DNA of 63,900 bases, counting the filler, from Welwitschia mirabilis (taxonomy: Eukaryota): assembly GCA_051453625.1 (NCBI GenBank). It is 6 parts of one record of this genome, joined end to end, with 100 filler letters (N's around TTAATTAATTAA, not from the genome) between each part and the next. Parts side by side here need not be neighbours in the genome. Positions count along the whole stretch, not along the records: positions 39,172 to 60,569 come from JBOZIK010000001.1; positions 60,670 to 63,900 come from JBOZIK010000001.1; 4 more parts are not named here. One strand, given 5' to 3'. The position numbers and the translations under genes are program-made. Shown piece by piece: positions 53,935 to 63,900 of the stretch. Numbering within the stretch: the stretch's first letter is position 1; the number at the start of each line of letters is the position of its first letter. Under the pieces are notes generated by a model. That model had not been told where the DNA came from, searched no databases, and worked only from the letters and a program-made list of their open reading frames with translations.

Positions 53935-56900
53935 TTTTTTTGAAGGAAAATGAGCATTATATTAAAAGAAAATTTATAGAAAGGGGGTGAAAACGCCCTA
54001 TATTGAGGGGAATAAAAAGCCCGATTGGGGAAAAAAAGACCATATCATAGACATCACAAGAACCTACTAGGTACATAGCAAAATTGGGGGTAAAAACACC
54101 CATAACTACTGAACTTAATAANNNNNNNNNNNNNNNNNNNNNNNNNNNNNNNNNNNNNNNNNNNNNNNNNNNNNNNNNNNNNNNNNNNNNNNNNNNNNNN
54201 NNNNNNNNNNNNNNNNNNNNNATAGAAAAATTGGGGGTAAAAACACCCATAACTACTGAACTTAATAAGGAACTAGAAAAAGCTTTTATGTTTAACTAGA
54301 AAAAATAGAAATTAATATCACTTGTACTTAGGGAAAATATTACTGTGATGGTGCTCAACTAGAAAGTGTCTCATTTCATTTGATAATACATTGATAACCT
54401 GATTTACTTTATTGAACTCCTTAACTCCTACTTGATTTTTGTCTAGATGTAACTTGAGATATTTCTTCTGGTAACTTGACTTAATGGCTTGCAGGTGAGA
54501 ACTGCGAGACATTCCTAGGTTCAAGAAGGGGTATCTTTTCAGTCTATGAATTATAACTAGTAAAAATTCTCTTTTTATGTGATCCATGTCAATGTCTTTA
54601 TGGGATTTTCAATTTCTCTCTTCAAGAAAGGAACTTAAGTGGGAATAGGAATTAGACACTTTACTGTAATTGGAACTACCTTCGACCTTTTAAGGAGGGC
54701 CTCTTGGCCTTGTCCTACAGGAATTTTATTTTGATCCTAAGATTCAATTAGGGGATCTTTTTGAATTATCTCTTTTTATAATGGAGGTTAAATCATTTTC
54801 TCTATCTAAACTTCTAGGGATGGAGTTGTTCCTCTTTGAGAATGTGGGCTTTCTTACTCAATATTCCTCTTAGCATGAGAAGCCTTATCAGTTTTGGTTC
54901 TCTTCTTTAATTTTTTCTTAAGAGGCATTTATGCTAAATTTTGTTACCAAGGAGGAGGAGAGCTCTCCCTCATTCTCTGGTTCCTAGCAGCCCTCCAAAG
55001 AGCCATGACTAATCCTAAATGCCTCACTAAATCTTTCTGTTATAACGTCTAAATGAAGAAGTGAGTAAGGTTAACTTGATACCCTAGGTTTGAGGCCTTA
55101 ACAAAGGCGAAATAAAACCTTAATAATTTTGAATAATAGATAGACTAAATAAAGTAACAGTTAATCATATTAGCTCCTAGGCCCCATGGGATTAGAAGCA
55201 TCTTATGAATAATATGGCCACTAGCTAGCTTTGAAATGCTGCCCAGGAAGAAGTGGGTGACCTCTTATTACCATTTGCTATTGAGGGTGATTCTTACCTT
55301 TCTAGAATGTCCAAAAGGTGGGAAATGGAGTCTTCTATAATCTTGATAAAAATTCTTCTTACTATGGTTCTTTACCCTTTTCATATTTTATAAAATGAGT
55401 GATATTAACCTCAGGTTCTTCTTCAAACTTATGGAGGAGGACTCCCTATCCTAGAGCCTGCACTTTATCCTAGAGTGCAAAGCACCCTTTAAATAAGCTT
55501 AGGTCTGATGATTCAATTATTAGAATTATCCCCATTGCTACCTTGATTTGCAAATGATACCATTTAATATTCCTTGCTATATTTATAGGGAATGAAAAGG
55601 GGGAATTATGAAATATCACTTCATTGCATATGCACTAGATTTGCCATAAAGTCAGGTGAATCCTATCTCTTTTATACATCTCAAACATGTTCTAGTTATT
55701 AGAATAACTCATCATAACTCTAATTAATTCTAAGCTCTATCTACATTAATGGAAAAGATTTTGAACATCTTCTTAACAAGATTGACATATTAGATAGTTG
55801 GAATTAACTTGGATGTCAAGCTTGCATAGTTGGTTCCTGATGAGAATTTGGTTGTGATCCTTCAGCCCACAGAAGATCTTAATTTTGTTTGGAATATTCT
55901 CATTTAAAGATTTTTTTTGTAAGTCTTATTTGTTTTCATATTTCTTAATGAGAATCATTTTAGCTATGTCATTAGTACAAATATTTAGATCGATCAAGTT
56001 TCTTCTAGCATTATAGAGGTGTTTTCTGAGATAGCACTCCCCTTCTTTATAACTGCAAGTAGGGTACTTATAGTTAATAAGCTCACTCTAAGGTTGAAAT
56101 TCCTTGAAAAGTCTTTTGAGGACTCTATGAATATCTGTGAGGAGGCAATCCTCTTGGTTTTGGACTCTCTCTTGAATCATGAGGATAATCAATGATCCCT
56201 GATTTAAGAAGATGAATATATCTTTTGTATTTACCTCTCAATTAAATGAAGCCTTTCTAGATTGTATTATTTTTTTGATTATGCACTTTGAGTAAGAGAT
56301 AATAAAGGTTATGTACTTAAAAGAAGACATCAGATAAGTATTTGCTAGGATTATATTTACTTTGGAGGAAAGGAATTTATTTTGCTAGGTATTGCATTCC
56401 TTTGGATTGATTCTAGAATTAAATTTCAAGTTAGAGTCTTATGCCAATTCTATAGAGGTTTTCCAAGGTAGATGTCCTAAGGTCTCCCAATTTGGCATTT
56501 AGAATTATGATGATTTTATCCCTTTCTGATAATACTTTTATCCATTATGTGAATTCTAGATTTATTTTAATTAGATCAAAGGCTTCTAGCATCTACAAAA
56601 AGATTCATGAAGTTCGTAATATCTTTGTCTTACTAACATGAGACTTGAGTCATGATGATTGCGTCATTAGTGTAATGGTTGTTAGTAAACATTTGTATTT
56701 TTATTTTAATGCCTATAACTCCCTTTCTTTTAAGAAATTCCTATAAAACATTCATAACAAATAGAAAGAGGTATGGAAATAAAGACTCTCCTTACCTTAA
56801 TCCTTAACCTATTAAAAAATATTAGATCTATGACTGTTAACTTCCACTCTAAATTTAGGGAAATCTTGCATATCTAATCATAGATTAATGATGTCTAGGT

Positions 56901-58209
56901 TGAATTCAATTTTTCTAAGAGTATAACATAATGCTTGTNNNNNNNNNNNNNNNNNNNNNNNNNNNNNNNNNNNNNNNNNNNNNNNNNNNNNNNNNNNNNN
57001 NNNNNNNNNNNNNNNNNNNNNNNNNNNNNNNNNNNNNNNNNGAGTCTTATGCCAATTCTATAAAGGGATTCTTAGGTAGATGTCCTAAAGGTCTCCTAAT
57101 TTGGTGTTTAGGATTCTAGCGATATCATTTCTTTTAATAATGCTTTTATTCACTATGTAAATTTTGGCTTTATTATAATTGGTATGAAGGTCTATGGCTT
57201 TTGTAAAAAGATTTGTAGAGTTCTTGAAAGCTTTAACTTACTATAAAGAGGCTTAAGTCATGATAATTATGTTGTTAATGTAATGGTTATTAATAAACAT
57301 TTAACTTCTTATTTTGATGCCTGTGACTCCATTAATTTTAATAAATCCCTATAAAATGTTCGTAATAAAAAGAAAGATGTATGGAAATAAAGGGTCTTCT
57401 TGCCTTAATACTTGACGTACCGAGAAAAACTTGAATATATAACTAGTAATCTTGAGTCTGAATTTTGAGGAAGCTTACATATCTAACCATAAGTTAATGA
57501 TGTCTAGATTGAATCTAATTTTTCTAAGAATATAACATAAGGCTTGCTAGCAAATAGGGTCATAGGCCTTTGCTATATCTAATTTAGAAATGAGTAAAGA
57601 AAATTATGCTTTTTAACATAATGAATAATTTCACGAGTTAGGATAATTTAATCCTAAATGTACCTAGAATAGATGAAGCCAGCTTGATTCTTGGAGATCA
57701 CCTTGGGGGGTAAGAGGGCAATATAGCCTAGCATTATTTTTGTGAAGAACATGTAAAACATGTTACGAATTCCTAATAGCCTATAGTATTTTGATTTTCT
57801 AGTGTCCTATTGTTTGAGGATGAGAATGATACTAGTTTTATTCATTTACATGGAATGCATTTATTATTAAGAATATCTTACATTACATCATGAAGGTTAT
57901 CCCTCATAATAGGAAGGTAGGTTTTGAAAAGCTCAACTGGCCAACGTGTAGCCTTGGAGCCTTGTTATTCTTCATTGATCTTACTGTTGATTAGATTTAT
58001 TATCTAACTAGAGGCTTAGTTAAGTAAGTATTATCCTCATTATAAATTCTATTATCTTCTGGAATAAGGCTAGGGATGATGTTATCCCACTTTCATGTCT
58101 TTTCGACATAGGTCTAAATTTCCTTGACTATCTACTCTTTATTTTCAATTACTTAATCCCTAATGGTAAGCCTCCTTATTCTATTATCTACTATGTGATA
58201 GTTAGCCTA
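53935..58209 (-). mobile_element. L1-type LINE, 3' part of ORF2 plus 3' UTR and short poly(A)
   Basis: Minus strand NKAPRLH (~57950), KLDIAKAYDP (~57555-57585), GLR*GESLFPYLF (~56765-56805), YLRIPL (~57060-57080), WRAARNQR (~54975-54997), HIKRE (ORF 54318-54587); ends CTTTTAATATAATGCTCATTTTCCTTC-A7. Confidence 0.87.
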
Positions 58210-60569
58210 TGTTGTGCCACCAACTTACATGTATTTGATAAGGTATTCTGAGTTGTTTTACAAGTAAATTAGTAGATAAATTCTTAGTGCTCATGATAAT
58301 GGAGAACTAGGATGAAAAGAATGAAAACATGCAATTTTCAAATAAATTACAATCATTTTTTACAAATATGAATAAATGATATTTTTGGATAATGATTCCC
58401 ATAAATAACAAAGATATTGGACTGACTGAAGATCAAAAAAAGACTATCTTCCACCTCATCGTCTGGATGTCAGAGCAAATGATATCACCAACTAGTCGAT
58501 AACATTTCATATGCAGTTCATAGGTAGTTAAACTGAAGTAGATGAGGAGCTCTAACTATTAATTAGTATTGTCTCCTATATCATTTGGAAGATAAGGAGG
58601 ACAACACTGTTTTCTTATACTTCCACCGAATGTTCACCTAAGTTGTCGCTACTTTATTGCGACTTTTCTTTGCATGTTAGCTAGGGTTTTTCCTATGCTT
58701 TTTTGTTAGTTTCCCTTCCTTTGCTATCTATAAATAAGGGTCTTTCCCTCGATTCCTAATTATCTTCGACAGTAACTGACATACTCATGACAGGAGACCT
58801 TGGGATCGGAGAACCATTCTGTAATTGCAGAGAGACATTTCCTTGATGTTGGGTGGCATTTCCTCCATTGAGAAATGCTACTTTGTAATGTAGATGTGAT
58901 AGCATTATTATAATAAAATATTGTCTTTTGTATACACAATCTTCTTCCTCATAGTTTATGTTATTTCAGATTTGGTGACAAGCTTCTTTTCTGATATAGA
59001 TTATGAGGGCAGCCTTTGTCAAGNNNNNNNNNNNNNNNNNNNNNNNNNNNNNNNNNNNNNNNNNNNNNNNNNNNNNNNNNNNNNNNNNNNNNNNNNNNNN
59101 NNNNNNNNNNNNNNNNNNNNNNNTCCTTTGGTATTGGGTGGTGTTTCCTCCATTGAGAAATGGCTACTTTAAAATATAGATGTAATAGCATTTTCAATAA
59201 TAGAATATTTTCTTTTATGATTAATATATGTAGGATATTTTCCCTCATAGTTTATGTTATTTGAGATTCGATGATAAGATTCTTTTCTAATATAGATTAT
59301 AAGGGCATTCTTTATCAAGGTTGAGCTTAGTTAGTTTAAGTTCATTATTATTTCATTTCCTAGATTAGTTTTATATGAGTATGTTTTATTTCAATTCCAT
59401 GCATTGCAATTTATTTCAGTCGGTTAGGGTTACATAATTTTCTCTTANNNNNNNNNNNNNNNNNNNNNNNNNNNNNNNNNNNNNNNNNNNNNNNNNNNNN
59501 NNNNNNNNNNNNNNNNNNNNNNNNNNNNNNNNNNNNNNNNNNNNNNNAGTATGTTTTATTTCAATTCCATGCATTGCAATTTATTTCAGTAGGTTAGGGT
59601 TACATAATTTTCTCTTAAAAGCAATTTTTTTATTTTCATACTTTGACCTTCGATGGATTACGACATTTGGATGACTTCCATCTATACTAGTCCATTGTGT
59701 TTATGCATATTATTTGTGATTAACAAGATTCAGATCAAGACATAAACTTTGCATAAATACACACTACAACATCTTGGGGCCATTACTAGCAGAGGCTGCT
59801 TGGAATTCGATTATCATTGCTTCAGTGAATATTCCAGATGTTTGCTATAGCAATGGTGTACTAGTACCTGCTATAAGTTTTTTATTTTGGTTTTTTCTGC
59901 TAACCTCTAATGTTCCCTTCATCATCTAGATGTCACAGTTGGATGACTATCCCATTTTTTACTTTTCCTCTTTCTGTGGTTTTCTATATTTCTATCATCC
60001 AGGTTATTGTTCAGATGATGTATAGGACGATACTTTCTCAGATTTAAGACTGAATGATTAAGATTAGAAAAAAAAGAAAAATATCAGAGAGAGTGATAAT
60101 TGATTGCTGAAAATATCAGAGAATGTTTGATAGATTTTGAAATAGAAATAAATCAAAACAGTAAAGGTACGTAAGATTTAGAATTTCCTGCAATTTTCAC
60201 TTTTAATTCTATAGAGTCTGATTTTGCTACTATGTCGATCTCTATTCAAAATCTTAAACAAATCTATCTTTCTAAATCCACCCCCTGTTATTGAAACCCT
60301 CACTTCTACTCATTCTCAACATAATACTAGTGCTACTTTAAGATATCTTATTACAACTAAAAGACATGAAATCTAAATCCTTTTAACTTACCTCCTAGTG
60401 ATGATGTAGAACTTTGAAACTTAAATGCTTATCCTACCTTTAGTGGAGAGCCTGATGAAGATTCTTTGCAATATATCTCTAAAAAATAACTTATTCTTAT
60501 GTCTAGAAATGGTAAAAAATGAATAGGTGATAGAACCTACATGGTTATCTTTCCCATCACCTTGAGAAA
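58210..60569 (+). mobile_element. Athila-like gypsy element 5' part: LTR 58210-59771, PBS, UTR and start of gag
   Basis: TGTTGTG...ACTACAACA termini, PBS-like TGGGGCCATTACTAG at 59775, gag AYPTFSGEPDED (~60427) homologous to ~14935. Confidence 0.85.
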
Positions 60570-60669
60570 NNNNNNNNNNNNNNNNNNNNNNNNNNNNNNN
60601 NNNNNNNNNNNNNTTAATTAATTAANNNNNNNNNNNNNNNNNNNNNNNNNNNNNNNNNNNNNNNNNNNN

Positions 60670-63600
60670 AAGGAGGGCCCCTCGTGTAGGTCTTATATCA
60701 TTTTTCGATTATTTTTTTTTAGTTGCGTTCGTTTTCGCTCTAGTTTCGCCTACCACCTTGTTGCATATAACAGCCATAATGCGAATGTCAACCCGCGAGA
60801 AAAAGCCTACATCTCTGAAGACGAGTACAAGGTACTCGTCCAACAACATCCCTCGACCCTTCTAATGAGTTCCATGTCATGAACGACTATAGGAGTTACT
60901 GGAAAGATTACTTGACTCATCCCATCTAAAGAATTCGATCGTGAGCAATTAGAAAACTAGTGATCCCAAATGGCAAGAACAAGATTCTCCCTGAGGTTNN
61001 NNNNNNNNNNNNNNNNNNNNNNNNNNNNNNNNNNNNNNNNNNNNNNNNNNNNNNNNNNNNNNNNNNNNNNNNNNNNNNNNNNNNNNNNNNNNNNNNNNNN
61101 NNNNNNNNNNNNNNNNNNNNNNNNNNNNNNNNNNNNNNNNNNNNNNNNNNNNNNNNNNNNNNNNNNNNNNNNNNNNNNNNNNNNNNNNNNNNNNNNNNNN
61201 NNNNNNNNNNNNNNNNNNNNNNNNNNNNNNNNNNNNNNNNNNNNNNNNNNNNNNNNNNNNNNNNNNNNNNNNNNNNNNNNNNNNNNNNNNNNNNNNNNNN
61301 NNNNNNNNNNNNNNNNNNNNNNNNNNNNNNNNNNNNNNNNNNNNNNNNNNNNNNNNNNNNNNNNNNNNNNNNNNNNNNNNNNNNNNNNNNNNNNNNNNNN
61401 NNNNNNNNNNNNNNNNNNNNNNNNNNNNNNNNNNNNNNNNNNNNNNNNNNNNNNNNNNNNNNNNNNNNNNNNNNNNNNNNNNNNNNNNNNNNNNNNNNNN
61501 NNNNNNNNNNNNNNNNNNNNNNNNNNNNNNNNNNNNNNNNNNNNNNNNNNNNNNNNNNNNNNNNNNNNNNNNNNNNNNNNNNNNNNNNNNNNNNNNNNNN
61601 NNNNNNNNNNNNNNNNNNGATGAAAATTCAGAGTTCATAAACGAATGGGGTCACGATAAAAAACCCAGAACAACACGAAAACCTCAACAATAAATCCCAA
61701 AGAAAGACTTCGATGATAATAGTCTATTCGAGTATGAAACGAATGACGAGGAACCACCTAAAGTTTCATAAATCAAAGACTAAAAACTACCTGTCCAATC
61801 AACTCAATTTAACATGCTATGGAAGGCCATCAATGATATCAAACGAGGCCTCCAAACCAAAAATAATTGCTTCGACACGGACTTTGATGATACACCAATC
61901 CACCCCTCTATCTATCGCAAGGTCATTTCACCTAACGAAATGCCCGACTTCAAGAAGTTTAGAGGTGTTGAAGACCATGTTATTCACAATAGAAACTTTA
62001 AACACACCTGTCACATGTACAACATAAAGTGAAACACTGCGTGTCATCTATTTTATCTATCTCTTTAACAACAAGCCCTCGAGTGGTACCATCATCTGTC
62101 GACACACTCTATCATAAATCTTAAATAACTATTTGAGATGTTCATACAACACTACTTGATAAACATCATAAAGAAAATGACCCTAGACTCTTTGACAACA
62201 TTGAGACAATAGTTTAACGAAAGCATTCAAGACTACGCTCGACGATGGAGAGTTATCACTTTACAATTAGAAACTCCCATTGCCGATTCTGACATGGCAT
62301 ATCTCTTTGCTAAATCATGCATCCCATATGTCTTAGAACATCTTAGGATGCAAGCATTTGAAACATTTGAACAAGCAGGAATGTTAGCAAAATGAATTAA
62401 AGTTGTAGGTAGGGAAAAGGGCATCATAAAATATGGCAACACTTCACAAAGTAAATCGATAAGAAGAGAAAATAATAACAATGATAACAGAATGAACAAC
62501 ATGAAAAAATGTGTCAGTAGTCGACCAGACTTTACAAACTCCNNNNNNNNNNNNNNNNNNNNNNNNNNNNNNNNNNNNNNNNNNNNNCAGTAGTCTCGTG
62601 CAATAACCAATATTTCAACCTCCTTTTCCTTGAAACGCTTTTCCTTTCAACCAGTTATGGGATAAACTTACTTCTCACCTCAACAAATATAAAGTTTTCA
62701 ACGAACACCATCACCTCAATGACAACAAATCTAACCACCTCAAAAACAGCTCCAGAATCAACAACAATCCTTTCCAGTTCAAAACCAAGACCAGAATTTA
62801 TCTCAAAATGAGAACACAATTCAAAGATCTAGAAGAAACTTCACTAGGTTACAAATTCCATTGACAAAAATCCTTGGAATTTTACTGCAAAAAGGGGCAA
62901 TCTAACTACCTTCAATCAGGGAGAAAACCCCAATGCATCAAAACTGAAAAGTTATAACGAGNNNNNNNNNNNNNNNNNNNNNNNNNNNNNNNNNNNNNNN
63001 NNNNNNNNNNNNNNNNNNNNNNNNNNNNNNNNNNNNNNNNNNNNNNNNNNNNNNNNNNNNNNNNNNNNNNNNNNNNNNNNNNNNNNNNNNNNNNNNNNNN
63101 NNNNNNNNNNNNNNNNNNNNNNNNNNNNNNNNNNNNNNNNNNNNNNNNNNNNNNNNNNNNNNNNNNNNNNNNNNNNNNNNNNNNNNNNNNNNNNNNNNNN
63201 NNNNNNNNNNNNNNNNNNNNNNNNNNNNNNNNNNNNNNNNNNNNNNNNNNNNNNNNNNNNNNNNNNNNNNNNNNNNNNNNNNNNNNNNNNNNNNNNNNNN
63301 NNNNNNNNNNNNNNNNNNNNNNNNNNNNNNNNNNNNNNNNNNNNNNNNNNNNNNNNNNNNNNNNNNNNNNNNNNNNNNNNNNNNNNNNNNNNNNNNNNNN
63401 NNNNNNNNNNNNNNNNNNNNNNNNNNNNNNNNNNNNNNNNNNNNNNNNNNNNNNNNNNNNNNNNNNNNNNNNNNNNNNNNNNNNNNNNNNNNNNNNNNNN
63501 NNNNNNNNNNNNNNNNNNNNNNNNNNNNNNNNNNNNNNNNNNNNNNNNNNNNNNNNNNNNNNNNNNNNNNNNNNNNNNNNNNNNNNNNNNNNNNNNNNNN

Positions 63601-63900
63601 NNNNNNNNNNNGTAATCAATGAACAATCAACAAAACCATTAGAACAAATTATCAAAGAGAATAAGCAAAAGTTACAATGATTAGTTGAGATAGAAGACGT
63701 CCAAAGTCGACTCATCTCTTGACCAAACATCCAATCATAATCACATGACTCTAAAGTAGAGGAAGCATATTATCACCTCTCTTCGTTAATTGAAAACTCT
63801 AAATCTTACAAACAAGCATTTAAGAGATTATGTGAAAAATGTCTAACATCGAAAACATCCTCAAAACAAGGACCTATTCCAAACTAAGTAGATGTTTAGA
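60670..63900 (+). mobile_element. Ogre/Tat-like gypsy gag region, pseudogenised and gapped
   Basis: PDFKKFRGVEDHVIH (ORF 61814-62032), then HLFYLSL*QQALEWY and LRQ*FNESIQDYARRWR (retrotransposon gag domain), followed by a Gln/Asn-rich tract. Confidence 0.78.

Larger units (their letters stand above)
43803..53940 (+). repeat. Direct duplication copy B (no CACTA insertion)
   Basis: Continuous paralogue of 6398-12487 joined to 34716-38388. Confidence 0.93.

Noticed and set aside
53941..54600. TG-starting sequence as a new LTR, with ORF 54318-54587 as a gene
   Set aside because: Better explained as the 3' UTR, poly(A) and ORF2 tail of the minus-strand L1.
60949..63730. Long ORFs of 217-272 aa in the ORF track
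   Set aside because: Made almost wholly of X from N runs; the same applies to ORFs at 15541, 30323, 53477 and 58921.

Overview
AT-rich, gap-containing plant-type genomic window made almost entirely of old, nested, mutationally decayed transposable elements. I see no intact host gene, RNA gene or CRISPR array. From left to right: (1) a minus-strand Ty1/copia (gag to integrase, PBS, 5' LTR) carrying a solo LTR with a clean 5-bp TSD; (2) a minus-strand L1 LINE; (3) copy A of a ~10-kb direct duplication (LTR-like repeats, a short-LTR copia derivative with an inverted integrase block, AT-rich DNA with a long inverted repeat), split by a 22.2-kb CACTA transposon (12488-34712) that contains nested gypsy and copia elements, a pseudogenised Tnp2-type transposase and a possible captured receptor-kinase fragment; (4) an Athila-like LTR remnant; (5) copy B of the duplication (~43803-53940), which keeps the empty CACTA site; (6) a second L1 with its poly(A) end; (7) an Athila-like LTR with the start of gag, then an Ogre/Tat-like gag region. 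The N44-TTAATTAATTAA-N44 blocks are assembly linkers. I found no evidence of a novel biological system; the interest lies in the reconstructable insertion and duplication history. All calls come from reading motifs by eye, and identities and many boundaries are approximate.
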